Assembly (NCBI RefSeq): GCF_006345805.1
Contig: NW_021833457.1
Location: forward strand, 1 to 64,000
From: Octopus sinensis
Lineage: Eukaryota
Length of the DNA: 64,000 nt
Direction of reading: 5' to 3'
Positions 37,500 through 50,778 of the stretch are shown one piece after another. The notes below the pieces were generated by a model. It saw only the letters and a program-made list of their open reading frames with translations. It was not told the origin of the DNA and searched no databases. The first letter of the stretch is position 1; each line of letters begins with the position of its first letter. Position numbers and translations under genes: made by a program.

Positions 37500-38330
37500 A
37501 CGGTTTTAGGCAAAGATACAGTATTTCTTATGCTTTATCGCCACCAGTTTCCTCAGAATTAGAGGTTTTTTCATTTCGCCTGTCCAGTCTTAACATTCTT
37601 TTACGAATATTTGTTCAAATCTTCGGTAATATGCCTCGAAAGTGATTCCTTCTTCTCAGTTATATTTAAATTCATTTATAGAATTTGCTACATGGTCTGG
37701 TGAAAAGGTATTTTTCAGTTTTGTTACCGACTTCATTAGTTATAGCATTTGTTGCTGTAACATTTGTTGTTGTTCTTGGTCTTTGAATTGTTGTTGTTGC
37801 TGTTTTTACAACTCAACTAAACCCTCTAACAGGTTTTCCCTAATTTCACGGATTTTTCGTAAAATACATACAATAAAAATGTTTGTTACTCCTCTTGAAG
37901 TTTTAATATCTCCATGTGAACATTTTTTCATTGTTGTCCATGTAAATTGTTTTACTCATGAAAAAAATTCTTTTTTTCAACGTTGTTTGCATGAATTGTT
38001 TATATCTTCGTCGACATTGTTATAATGTGGATCTTCATCCGCTTGTAAACTGTTGTCAGTACTATAATTTACTTATCGCCACTATTATATTGTGGTGATA
38101 TTTCGCATCTTATTATCTTTGACATGTCTGTTGTGCTATTGTTGATAGCTCCGCAAGACAATGATTTGAGCGTCTATCTTAACAATAACTCAAACTCGTA
38201 TATATCATGTAACCGACACTGGCTCCAACTAAGAACTCATACGATGATTCTACTACTACTGACTTCCTACAACGACTGACTGTCTGACTTTTGTAGCGGC
38301 TGGTTCATCCCACTTTGTCACGTGGGATGG
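37500..38330 (-). mobile_element. Ty3/Gypsy LTR-retrotransposon remnant (probable LTR, PBS, gag N-terminus)
   Basis: Minus strand NSINEFKYN*EEGITFEAYYRRFEQIFVKEC*DWTGEMKKPLILRKL...HKKYC resembles invertebrate Gypsy (K02A2.6-like) gag; PBS-like TGGCGATAAGT at 38071-38081 upstream. LTR limits inferred. Confidence 0.6.
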
Positions 38331-38934
38331 AGTGTACGATTTTTCCTACAACATAATCTATGTGATTACAACCAGGAGAATAAGGAGGCCAGAAATGGGG
38401 GCTAGTAAAGTTATAGAAATTCTCAGGCAACCACTTCTGACTCTTTCCAGAAGTATGGCAAGGAGCCAAATCTTGCTTCCAGACATATGGTCTTCTTGCA
38501 GCAACTGCCTCCAGCTAGAGTCTGACCACAGTTTCCAACAGCTTCAAACAGCTGTCAAAACTGAGCATAAAGCACTATTCAAAGATGTGGAGTGGAATGA
38601 CATCACCCACACTAGAGACACACCCAAAAACCATCACAGTTTGGGAGAAATTGGTTTCCATGATCTTCATCTCACATCATACAGCCTTTACAGTGTTTAC
38701 AAAGTATTGATCAGTGGGCATAATGTTGACATTTTGATATCTGGTGCAAATAATTATGATACTGGTAACCTTTTTCCAATAGTTAGATGGTTTCCTGTTC
38801 TCATGCCATCTAACTTTTTCTCAACTACCTCTTTAATCGTCATGCTCTCCAATACTATTGATTGTTCACCAAAACATCAAGCTGTTATTGAAAAAAGGTG
38901 ACATAAAAAATCATCAAGTTAGCCTAAATGTTGC

Positions 38935-39800
38935 ATATGAGGATGGGCAAAAAAATTCATAAGCTGACTATGAAGGATTAATGAAAGAGCTATGAAATAT
39001 TGCATGCATTGTGCAAGAAAGACGACTGCACTGGTATGGTCATGTGATGCATATGGATGAGGATAGTTGCTTGAAGAAGTGTCACACCCTAACAGTGAAG
39101 GGAATTTTTTGGAAGAGGTAGACCCAGGAAGACATGGGATGAGGTAGTGAAGCATGACCTTCGAACGTTGGACTTCACAGAGGCAATGACAAGTGACCGA
39201 AACTTTTGGAGATATGCCATGCTTGAAAAGACATGGCAAGCTAAGTAAGATTGTAGTCGTGGCCGATGCCAGTGTTGCATAACTGGGCCATTTAAAACCA
39301 CCCTTTTATCATTGGTCGATATGCCGTGCTTGTGAACACCTGTTGAACCGAGTGAAATTGTAGTCGTGGCCAATGCCAGTGCTGCCTGTAAAAAACACCA
39401 TTAGAGCATGGCTGATGCCAGTTCCACCTGACGCTCTCGTGCCAGTGACACATAAAAAGCACCATTCGAGCATGGATGATGCCAGTGACACATAAAAAGC
39501 ACCATTCGAGCATGGATGATGCCAGTGCCACCTGAATGACATCCGTGCCGGTGGAACATAAAAAGCACCATTCGAGCGTGGATGATGCCAAAGCTATCTA
39601 ACTGGCTCCGGTGTCGATGGCACGTGAAAAGCACTCACTACACTCTCGGAGTGGTTAATGTTAGGAAAGACATCCAGCAGTAGAAACCATGCCAAATCAT
39701 ATTGGAACCTAGTGCAGCTCCCTGGCTTGCTAGTTCTTAGTTAAACCATCCAACTCATGCCTGTATGGAGAGCAAATATTAAACGACAACGATGATGATG
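38935..39800 (+). mobile_element. RTE-clade LINE 3' fragment with expanded 3' UTR repeats
   Basis: C-terminal WYGHV..MDEDSC...GRPRKTWDEVVKHDL, repeat block 39400-39635, (GAT)n tail ending at 39800. Confidence 0.82.
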
Positions 39801-39877
39801 TAATGTTTCTTTCCAACCAAACTGACACGTGACTTCTCAAAGACTTTAAAAGTAAGTAGTTATGACTTCTCTTGCAA

Positions 39878-40832
39878 ATGAACATAATTCAACATTGTGG
39901 GGTTAACAAGTACCTGCAGAAAAAGTTTTTAACCCCCAACGACATTCATGCCGACATTGTTGATACATTAGGGGGTGACACTATAAGATCAGCAGTACAA
40001 AAGTGGGCAGCTAAATTTAGAAGAGGAAAGGGAGAGTCTTGAAGATGACCCAAGGTCTTGACGTCGTGCAAGTGCCATCACCGAGGAAAACATTGATTGT
40101 AATGGATGATAGGCAATTGACTATAGATCAAGTAGCCAATGCCATCAGCACATCCCATGAGAAAGTTGAGAATATTTTGCACGATGAACTCAGCATGACA
40201 GAGGTTTCTGATCAAAAGCACACCAACCTGATGACATCACGGGAAAATCTGACATTGTTTAAGGCAGATTCAAATAGTTTTCCTGGATGTTTCTTAATCC
40301 AGGATGAGTGTTGATGTCATCACTTTGAGTCAGAGACTAAGAGATAATTCAGGCAGTGGAAATACCCCTCATTTTCTCCAGCGAAGGCCAAGGATGTTTC
40401 ATCTGCAGGGAAAATGAAGGCCTCAGTTTTGGGGACGCAAAAAGGATTGTGTTTATTGAAAAGGGCTACACCAATATGCCGTGAGAGTTACAAAAGGCTA
40501 TGAAAGCCAAACGCCCAAGAAAACTGACGAAAGGAGTTTTGTTTCATCAGGACAATGCTCCAGTACACAAGTCCTTGATTTTAATGACTGCAAAGCCTGG
40601 CTGTGATTTAAACTCCCTATTCTCCTGATTTGGCCCCATCTGACTATTGTCTGTTTTCAAACATGACAAAACATTTGGCTGCAAACCAGAGTCGCAGTGA
40701 TAATGATGTTACACCTACTTTTGATGACATTTTTGACCAACAGGTTAAAAGCTTGTTCACCAATGGGATTCAAGCATTGCAGCAGTGATGGAAGACGTGT
40801 GTGCACAGCAAGTGGACTACGTTGGAAAATAA
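39878..40832 (+). pseudogene. Mariner transposase pseudogene (TIRs not visible)
   Basis: Relic motifs MNIIQHCGV.KYLQKK.LTPNDIH, KWAAKFRRG..SLEDDPRS, IQDEC, FHQDNAPVH, YSPDLAPSDY, GLRWK/DYV end; frameshifted. Bounded by a LINE tail and a (GT)n. Confidence 0.8.
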
Positions 40833-40851
40833 ACCTCATTTGGTTACAATC

Positions 40852-40854
<3 letters not shown>

Positions 40855-40898
<44 letters not shown>

Positions 40899-40945
40899 TG
40901 TGTGTGTGTGGTGTGTGTGTGTGTGTGTGTGTGTGCGTGTGTGCA
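40855..40945. repeat. (GT)n microsatellite ~55 nt upstream of a splice acceptor
   Basis: Direct inspection. Confidence 0.95.
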
Positions 40946-41000
40946 TGCACACATGTATGTATGCAAACTATCATATAATATGTATATATATATTTTTCAG

Positions 41001-41196
41001 ATTGAGATTGAAACTGCAAAAGGAAAGGAACTTGTGTTTGAAGAAGTTAGTGTTGCTCCATCATTTGCATGGCTATCTGGATGTGTTCAGGTAACAAATG
41101 AAGATACAGATATTGAATTTATTGTAACACATGGGTATGGAATGGGTCAATATATTGGTCTCACGAATGTTGGTTTCTTGGAAGAAGAATGTCAAG
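41001..41196 (+). CDS. Internal exon; C-terminal part of MAM domain 3
   Basis: TTTTTCAG acceptor, GTGAGA donor at 41197, phase 0/1, which complements the phase-0 end of the previous exon. IEIETAKGKELVFEE...AWLSGCVQV...IEFIVTHGYGMGQYIGLTNVGFLEEECQ. Confidence 0.82.
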
Positions 41197-41291
41197 GTGA
41201 GATTTTTTTGCTAACTCTCTTGCTCTCTTTCTCTCACTGAAAGTACATGATAATATAATACATACATACATACATACATACATACATACAA

Positions 41292-41326
<35 letters not shown>

Positions 41327-41899
41327 TGTATATATATCGTTTGTCGTTTTGTTCGTCCCTTCGTGTATTTCATGTTATTTATTTATGTAAAGGTTTATTA
41401 TATATATATATATATATAAAGAGAGAAAGAGAGAGAGAGATACATATAAATATAGATACATAGTTTTATTTGTGTGTGTAGAAAGTAAATAAGTAACAAG
41501 GAGATTAAGGTATTAGTTCATTACAGCCATTTCAGGCGGCTCCATTTAATCGAACAACGCAAGCATTATATCAATTTGAAAATATATCACCATCTTCGGA
41601 TGAATAATATAGGTTTTCAACATACAGGATACTGCATTATAATTTTTAACAAATATTTCATCAGAACTGAAGAATGAAAGAATGACATGCTGCTATGAAC
41701 TTAGCAGAATGAACTTAGTGGCAGAAAAGAATAATGACGGGGCTCATGAGATGGTAATATAGCTACAATTTTTTCTATCTCCTTATCTCCATCAAAAGCT
41801 CTAAGGCAGTAGTTAGTATACTACGTCCACTAAGAATTAAAACCTCTGGGAATTGACAGTCAAGTTCTAGCTGCCGATGATAAATTAATTACTGTCACC

Positions 41900-42790
41900 A
41901 TCAGTGCTTTGATATAAGCTTTGAAAAATTGTGTTTGTGCATAATGAAAAAAGAATACTCTCTGCAGACGTCCAAAAAGTCACTGAAGCAGTGAGAGAAT
42001 TCAAGAGCAAAAAGAAGGATGGCAGGACACTTAATTAGAAAGAAGCATTTACATGGCCATTTCATGCTCCAATCCGAGGATGTTGGAAGTGAAAAATGCT
42101 GGTTGTGAATGATAGGTAAAAACCTAAAATGAAAAATAGAATTGTTAATTGTAGCAATTCAGAAACAAATTATTAGAACACACTTGGTGCAAACAAAGTT
42201 TGATAAAACTCAATCAGAGAGCAAAGACAACTGTGGAATAGAAGGTAAAAGCATTAAGCATCTCTTAAGTGAATGTAGTAAGGCAGTGCAATAAGAATAT
42301 ATCCACAAGTATGATTGTGTCAGTAAAAGAGTATATTGGGATGTAAACCATGTGTGTGCATTCAAAATAACAGAACAGTGGCATGAGTCACAGATTGTGA
42401 TGGTGAATGATAATTACAGGATTTTATGAGCTTTTTCCATAAAGACTGACCATACTATTTGAAGCAAGGAGACCAGATATGATAGATGAAGGCAAAAAAA
42501 TAATGTGTATGCTCATAGACTACACAGTATTATATGAGAGGAGAGTGGACATCAAAGAAACTAAGAAAATTGTGAACTATCAAGACCTTAGCCAGAGAAA
42601 TTAGGAGATTGTAGAATGCAAAAGTTATAATTGTTCCTGTGGTAATTGGTGCCCCTAGCACATCACCTAAACTGCTACCTAAGTAGTTGAAGGATATTGG
42701 AATTGAAGGATGCATTGTCAATCTGCAGCAAGTTCCATTCTGTATTCTACAAGAATCTGAGGAAAGTGAAAAGGAAATGTATTACTAGCT
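41900..42790 (+). mobile_element. R4/Dong-like C-terminal fragment (zinc knuckle + RLE)
   Basis: Relics LHGHF, ESIKHLLSEC, HKYDCV.KRVYW, RRPDMI, YQDLARE, IVPVVIGA. Confidence 0.6.
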
Positions 42791-42829
42791 AAGACATTCT
42801 TCATAACATCAAGAGATCATAAAACTTCA

Positions 42830-43335
42830 TCATCATCATTTAGTGTCCATTGTCCATGCTGGCATGGGTTGGATGGTTTCACCAAGGCTGGCAAGCTGGA
42901 TGGCTGCACCAGCCCCCAGTCAAGTTTGGCATGGTTTCTCTGGCTGGATGCCCTTCCTAATTGCAACCACTCCAAGAGTGTAATGGGTGCTGCTTTTACT
43001 TGTCACTGACACAGGTGCCATTTGTGTGACAACGGTATCTGCCATGACTGCAATTCTTCTTGGCTTGATGGGTCTTCTTCTCAAGCACAACATAATGCCA
43101 AAGTTCTTGGTCATTGGCTCCATAAGGCCCAACATTCAAAAGATGCTTTTTACGTGTTACTGGCATGAGTGCCAGTTATATGACACCAGCATCAGCCAGG
43201 ACTACAATTTCGCTTGGCTTGATGGGTCTTCTCAACCACAGCATATTGCTAAAGGTCTCAATCACTAGTCATTGCTTCTGTATGGCCCAAATTTCAAAGA
43301 TCATGCTTCACCTCTTTGTCCCATGTCTTCCTGGG
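42830..43335 (-). mobile_element. RTE-clade LINE 3' fragment
   Basis: (CAT)n at 42830-42840 followed by the shared 3' UTR reverse complement and PRKTWDKEVKHDL. Confidence 0.75.
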
Positions 43336-43369
43336 TTTATTCAAGTTAAAGCACATTGGGCTTGTGTGT

Positions 43370-46080
43370 TTGTTGAGAGAAATAAGTTTTATAGAAAAAC
43401 AAAATTTTCCAGTTGGATACCTAGAAGTTCTACAGAGAATCAGAGAAACAGCAAGTAGAAGTAAAGTAACAACCAAGCAGAGAAAGATGAGAAATTCTGG
43501 AAGAACATTTGAAGCAAATTAAAAGGAATACAGTGGGGAAGCATCCTGTATCAATAGAGACTATGAAATAATGTAGGAAGTTGGACAACAGAGGTGGAAA
43601 CAATTAAGAGTGGCCACAACTGAGACAGGTCCTCAGTAAAGCATACAAATGGAATATACCAGGAATAGACCAAATGCCAACTTACTTGTTGCATGCACTT
43701 ACAGGTATCCATAAGGTAATACTCAATACCATTATTTAGAATCTTGATAAATCTCCAAAGTGATTGACAAAAGGCACCATGTATCTCCTTTCCAAAACAA
43801 AGCAAGCTAAAAACCTAAGAAACTATAAACCCATTATAAGTCTCATCAAAACTTACCAGATTTAGGACTCTACTAACAGAAAGAATGTACACCTTTCTTG
43901 AAGAAAACACAGTCATACCATAACAAAAATGTAGTAAACTAAATTCCTATGGGTCTAAATATCAGTTTCACATTAATAGGGTGATTCTTGAAAACTGTCA
44001 CAAGAAAAAAAATAATAATTTGAATACTGCATGGATAAGCTACATGAAATCTTTTGACATAAGTGAATATTGAAAGCTCTTAACAAAAACAAAATCCTTT
44101 CAGCTATCTCAGATTTTCTCTGATATAATATAGCCTGGTGCACAAAAACCCTTTGTCTTAACCACAACAATAAAGTCTGGCAAAATAAAATAAAACTGTA
44201 GAATTATCCAAGTTGACTTACTCTCACCACTTTTGTTCTGTGTTGCACTCTTTTCTTTTTTCAAATGAACTAAACAACACTCTGTATGGATATAAACTTA
44301 GCAATAACAAAACTAGTCTGATCAACCATCTCTATTTTATAAACAATTTAAAGTGGTATGTTAAGAATAACTAAGAATTAAAACTTTTAGCAATGATAAA
44401 GCAGTTCAGTAATGATATGCACTTTGATAATGACAAATGCACAAAAACAACTTCTAAGGTGGAAAACTGACATTATTTATTCAACCAGACATAGAAGCAA
44501 CCAAGAAAGAATGAGAGCCAGAAAGAATTTATAAATATCATGGCATAAATGAGGATGATGGTATTCAGCATACACAAATGAAGGAGAAAACTCAAAAGGA
44601 GTACTACAGAAGAATAAAGTTGATCCTGGAAACTGAATTGAACTCCCAAAACTACATAGAATCTATTTACAATTCAGCAGTGCCTGTTATATAATATGGT
44701 TTCACTGTCATCAACAGGAACGTTGCTGACCTACAAAGAATGGACTAAACCAGAACACTACCAACTATCAATTAAATGCAGCATCCAAAGGCAGATATAG
44801 AACACTTCTATCTGCCAAGGGAAGAAAGTGGAAGAGGTGTAATCCAAATAGAGCTCTCCCATAAAATAGCTACAATTGATCTGCAGAAGTACTTAAACAA
44901 GAACCATAACTGGATGTTCGAGACAGAACATGAATCCCATAACAAACTCCATTCTGTAAACAAAGAAGCTGAGAAATATAGAGCAGATTAACACTTTGCA
45001 GAAATATAAAATGCTAACAAAGCTGACATAAATCAACACAGACAGTCAAAGTACACAAGAGGAAAGCAAAAGCAGAAGGACCTAAAACCTTGAAAGACAG
45101 ATTGCAGTAAAAATCGTCAACACCTAGCTGGGCGGACTGAGAATATCAAGGACCCTTGGGCATAATTGTTTACCGGGCCCCTTTGAATGTGTGTTTCAGT
45201 ATAGTTAATATGTAGAGTGGTGGACCCTCAGAGCTCCAGGCCCTTGAACAGTGCCTGAGTGACCAATAGCTCAGTCTACCCCTGACACCTACACAACACC
45301 AGGGAAGCTGATATAGATCAATCATAAACCCAGCAGTGGCTGTAAAGTTCAGGGCTGAAGGTAGAAACAGGGGATCCATTCTTGCTGCCTAGGACTACAG
45401 TCTATATACAAAACATTATTAAGTTGACATCTTAAAAAATGGAGCACACTCCATGTGTAGAGTCTGTGATGTCCATAATGAAATAATTGGACCATATACC
45501 ACCAGGTTGGCCAGCACTGGTTCTAACAGAATATAAAGCCAGGTACGACAGAGTTGGCCAATACATTCACAGGACTTTGTACAAAAGCCTCAGTGCTAAA
45601 CATGTGGAAAGCTGGTTTGAACACCAACCTAAATCAGTAGTTAGAAGTAATGACACCACTGTCCTTTATGACTTTACACTATATACTGATCACACAATTA
45701 ATGCCAACTGCTGAGTTATTATTGTTAAACACACCAAAAACAACACTAGCCTATTTACAGACATGACTATACCATCTAACAAAATGTACTTGTCAAGGAA
45801 TATGATAAAATTACCAAATATAAAAGCCTAGAAACTGAAACAAGCAGGATGTGTCACCTAAAGACAGAAGCAAAGCTAACTGTGATTGGAGCACTGGGGA
45901 TCATTATAAAAGGCAAAAAACAGTCAATGGCTTTCCTGAAAATATCCCAGGAAATCCTAGCAAATTCAAAATCAAAACAAATACTACTAAACAATACAGT
46001 TCACACTCTCCATAAGGTTCTTGTCTTTTTAGTCTATATTCTAAAATCTTTATTTCTCTTCCCTCTGTTATTGCTTGAGC
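43370..46080 (+). mobile_element. Degenerate R4/Dong-like element (RT to RLE)
   Basis: Relics FWKNI, PGIDQ, NYKPI, QVDLLSPLLFCVAL, INHLYF, MQHPKADIEHFYLPREESGRGVIQ, WL..SGLKVET, IDHI..G.P.L..TEYKARYDRVGQYIH, VIGALG; ~160-bp unrelated insert at ~45115-45275. Confidence 0.72.
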
Positions 46081-46129
46081 CAAGAATGAAAGCTTGATTG
46101 GACCTGAAGCTGTGTTGAACAATGACATA

Positions 46130-46740
46130 CTACATATGAAATTCCCGCTTACACCTTTCCTACACATTGAGTAGGGCCATTTACCTAAAGAGGGTAGGGT
46201 CCAGACTGTTTTCTTGCTCACTAGAATCTTGGTCTTTACTAAGTTAACGTTAAGGCCCTTCAATTCCAAGCTTTGCTTCTACACCAGAATTTTCTTTTCT
46301 AGTTCTGTCTCAGAATTTACTGCAAGAGCAAGACCATCATCATATAGCAGTTGCCAAGGACAACCAATCTTGAATTCCTCTGTTATGGCCTGTAAGACAA
46401 TGAATAGAAGGGCATTGAGAACTGATACCTGATGAACACCTACCTATACACTAAATTTGTCACTGTACTCATGGTTAATGCTCATCTTCCTGACTGAACC
46501 TCAGTACATGGCATGTACAGCTTTCAAAACCCACTCATCTACCCTTGGCTTCCTCAGAGCTCACCATATCACACAGTGGGGTACTCCGTCGAAGGCTTTT
46601 TCCAAGTCGACAAGAACCAAGTACAATGGTTTATTCTTAGTCAAATATTTCTCCTACAGTTGTCTGACTATAAAGATAGCATCAGTAGTGCTCCTCCTCA
46701 GCATAAAACCCAAACTACATTTCATCTAATACACTCACAT
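46130..46740 (-). mobile_element. RTE-clade LINE RT fragment
   Basis: Minus strand FVDLEKAFDGVPHCVIW, GVHQVSV, LYDDGL, LKGLNVNLVKTKILVS, WPYSMCRKG. Confidence 0.75.
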
Positions 46741-47199
46741 TTTCATACATATACATATATATATGAATACTCATCAATGTATTTGCTCTGAAATAAATTT
46801 AAAATGTACAATAAAACATACAGTAATTAAAACAAGATATAGTTTAAAGAAACATGACATGAAAGATTTCCTGACTAGGTTGAGTTGAAAACTCTATATG
46901 CCTATTCACATAACCATTTCTCAAACTGCAGTCTAGTATGACCAGATGCACCAGTAAACCCTTTTTTGAGATATTTGGTACTGAGATACACAAACATCTT
47001 GAAAGTGTTCTTTTTTTTTAAAGTTTGACAAAATATCTTTTGTGTGTTGTTTGTATTCTGTGCCTAACTGTGTTTGTATTATTATGACTTCTTTAGAGAG
47101 TCCTTGCCACTAGATGTGTGTAATTCTGTCTATCAACTGTTAGTTTGATTTTTTTAAAGAATAGTGATGCTTAGTTCATTTTCAACCTCTGCATTTTCT

Positions 47200-47760
47200 T
47201 CATTTTTCTCCTGATGAGAGATTTTGTTACTGTTTTTAAGAAATTCGTCCAACTCATGTTTCCATTGTTTTATGTTTGTTTTTGTGATTTTTTTCCTTTT
47301 TTCCTTCATAATTTCATCTGTAATTATGTCTTCTTCATAGCATGATGGCATTGTTAGGAGACAAAGCATTTTATCATCTGTATGTGATACAGGGCTTAAA
47401 GAGATTTCTTTTGCTATCTCCAGAACTTTGGCTGGTGGTATTCAGGAAACTAGGGCTTGTTGCTCTTTCTGATGCTGTGGACGATTTTTATTACTTTTCC
47501 CAGTTCTTCTGTGCACTTAGATTTAAGGTATATTTTACTCTGACAAATGTAACAATTAAGCTTTCTATTTGGTACCATCAGTCACAAGTTCTTTGTCTCA
47601 GCACCTCTTTACTTACTAGATACAGTTCCAGGATGGCTTTGTGGTTTTCAGGGGTCTTTAGGATTTTCAAGTCCATTTTGATGTCTCTGCCAACCACAGG
47701 TTACCTTTCATTTAGCCTCATACAGCAATACAAAAGTTACTACTAATCACAGGTCTACAC
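47200..47760 (-). mobile_element. Degenerate CR1/L2-like LINE C-terminal fragment
   Basis: Minus-strand relic ending in KQWKHELDEFLK, typical of the FK-x2-LD-x-FL ORF2 end; upstream GRDIKM...KYTLNL. Confidence 0.4.
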
Positions 47761-49010
47761 CATGTCAAATGTCTCTTATACTTACTCTTATGTTTCTTTG
47801 CCCAACAATTCTGAAGGGTGGGTTTAGCTGATAACATCAACCCCACTACTTTACTTGTACTTTATTTTATTGACCCAAGAGGAATAAAAGGCAAACATGA
47901 TTTCAGTAGAAGTTGAACTCAGAATATAAAGAGTTAGAACAAATACTACAAGCCAGTATGTCCAACATTCTAACAATTCAGCTAACCACTTGTGCACTTG
48001 ACAAGTTGCCTAATAGATGTGTTACTATTGTTAATAAAAGAGAGGACTTATAAGACATAAGGGATCTAAAGTTAACAACTACAACTGTTTACTATTGAGC
48101 TAGTAACTACTGATGTTGTTGATAGTTGTAGTTGATTAACTATAGTTTTTTATATACAAATGAAACATAAATGTACAGCTATTTACAACATATAACATTT
48201 ATGATCGAAGATACATGACAAAAAGCCAAAATTGCATCAATAATTTCTTGTGGTTCTTATAAATGAAACAACAAATCAGCAACATTTTAATGATTAATTA
48301 AAGAAAGAGAAACACTTATTAACAAGGTAGTGATTTGCATAAACAATTTATGAATACTGTATAAGGAAATACAAAATAAAGGCAACTGATATGATTCTAA
48401 AACAATATTTCCTTTTGATTTCTTGGGCTTGACTCTATCAATAAAATTATCAATGAATTGTAGCAAGTTGTAAACAGCCTTCTGTTTGTTATAATTCCAT
48501 ATTTTAGATGCTTACTAAGACTGTATAGGGTTAATCCTTTAGAAGTGATGCTAAAGCATCAAAACCAGATCAGACCTTTCCAATATCTACTAGCTGGATT
48601 TCCCAAATATGACATCATGAAACAACCATAGTGTGTCAGCGAGATCATACCTAGATAGAGTATTCATTAGTATAGTGAATAGAGATCCAGTAGGTAGTCC
48701 TCAGTTTAAAATGGTTGACTACCCAACTTACAAATTTTTGATCTGCATGATTGACTAAGATAGGGCTCACAGACAGGCAGGAAACATCAGACTGATTAAT
48801 GTCTTTGGCAACTTACTGATTCTCCTCTCTTAAGTTAATATTACACATCAAAAGGATCGTGCTCACCTCATTCTTTTCTGATTTCAAACATTCTGATTTC
48901 AATGCTTTTGTTTATTTGTTGTATACAATAACAAGCTATTTTTTCAGTTTTGAGAATATTTTATGACATGAAGTAAATAATGTTGATTTTTTTCCTCGTT
49001 TTCATTAAAG

Positions 49011-49121
49011 ACAGAAATATTTCCTGTGGTTTCACAGAAGGCACATGCCAGTATAGCAACTTAACTTACTACCCAGCATGGGAAAGAATAAATTCAAGAA
49101 ATGATACTAACCTAACAGATG
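49011..49121 (+). CDS. Internal exon; N-terminal part of MAM domain 4
   Basis: AAG acceptor at 49008-49010, GTAAGT donor at 49122, 111 nt, phase 1/1. (D)RNISCGFTEGTCQYSNLTYYPAWERINSRNDTNLTD(G) has a C-x-F-x4-C...W motif. Confidence 0.85.
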
Positions 49122-50460
49122 GTAAGTAATTATTCTTTATTTTATATTGCATGAGCCTTCTTTTATTTCTGATGAATGTATATTTATCAGCAGACTTATG
49201 TGTTCAGTTAGTTATCTTTGATTTTTGGGCTTGAAATATAAAGAAGTAAACTTGTGGAAAACTGAGTCTAAAGCTAAGATTCAATTACTTGTTCAAACCT
49301 TCCTACATTATTAATATTTTTGCATGGACATAGGTAAATTCTCATTGAAGCCTTGATAAATATTTTGTTTTGTTTTTTTTTGTTTGGTTTGCACCATTTA
49401 TCGCTTTGAGGTATTTTGATGTTTATGCTCTTATATAACTTCTATATCATTTTATATCACTTATCAGTTTATCATTAAAAGGAAATTGCATCTTTGACTC
49501 TTAAAGATCTACATATTTGACAAACAGTTTTAATTTTGTGAAGGATATCAGTTTCACTGATTGCATATATTTGCTATACACATGAACATATGCACATACA
49601 TGCATGCATCATCCGCATCATTGTCATCATAAAACAGACATTTTAAAATGACTTGGATTGGGCAGTTTGACCAGAACTGGCAAGCTGGAGAACTACACCA
49701 AGTTCCAATGTGATTTTACTTGGTGTCTATGGCTGGATTCCATTCCTAATGCCAACCAAGGAAACAACAACATCATGCACACGTAAATACATGCTGTGTA
49801 CAAAAATGCTGAGAAACACTAAAAGAAAAGACTCTTCACACAACAAACATTTATTTGTTTGTGTTCCTTTTATATTGTTCCTATTATTTTTTATTGCTAA
49901 AAAAAAAGAAAATCAACAAATGACTTGGATCAGCAGTTATTTGGATTTTTGCAGCAGACCTAATCAATAAGGCATCATCATACAAGTGAAAGTATTTTCA
50001 GCTGGTTTCTATCACCACCGCTGTGCTATATCCATAATTAAGATACTTAGCTCTCCCAGCTGCAAATAGGTTCCATACAAAGAATAGTTAAAGGAGACTA
50101 TGGTAGACTATTTTGATTAATTATCAGTCATTCAGTTGAGAGTACAGTCCTTTGTATCCTATCATTGATACAACATAGTATTCATGACCAATGTACTTAA
50201 CTCCAAAATGCCTGAGTATTCTTAACTATAAATAGGTACAAAGAATTCAGATTCTTCAAGTGATCTCCTGTCAGTTGTAGAATATACTCTCACAATCCAA
50301 ATATCTGTCTGTATGTTGTAATAAAACGTTTCAGAAGGTGAAACTAATAATTATTACCAATTTTCAGAGAAAGTATTTTTTACTATTTTAAGATGAATTA
50401 AATCACATTCAGTATGTCTATGTTACAAATTGAATAAAATTTTTAATTTTTTTTCTCTAG

Positions 50461-50778
50461 GCTTTTATATGCAAACTACACTCTCCTACTATCATGAAAG
50501 CACGTTGGCATCTCCAACTGAAAATATCACCAACAGCTGTGTACAAATTAGATATAAGATAATCAACAAAAATTGCAAGCTGGCCATCTATAATGCCTTT
50601 AACAACAACACTATTTTAAGTATGGTGAGTGATGATACAACTCCATGGGGAATAGCTCAAGTGTATATTCAGCAAGAGATTACAAAACTCGTTTTCCAGG
50701 CACAAAGTGTAAGCTATGGAGTGTGTGGAGTTTTACTTGATTATGTCTACATCAGAGAAAATAATTGTCCACAATTAG
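50461..50778 (+). CDS. Internal exon; C-terminal part of MAM domain 4
   Basis: TTTTCTCTAG acceptor, GTAAGT donor at 50779, 318 nt, phase 1/1. (G)FYMQT...LASP...SCVQIRY...PWGIAQV...KLVFQAQ...GVLLDYVYIRENNCPQL. Confidence 0.87.

Noticed and set aside
38332-38901. 189-aa plus-strand ORF
   Set aside because: GTG start, no recognisable domain, no convincing splice sites, and the gene model is complete without it; treated as a chance ORF in decayed repeat DNA.
49012-49014. Alternative CAG acceptor 4 nt downstream of the chosen AAG
   Set aside because: It shifts the frame and reaches a stop within the exon, losing the C-G-F MAM motif.
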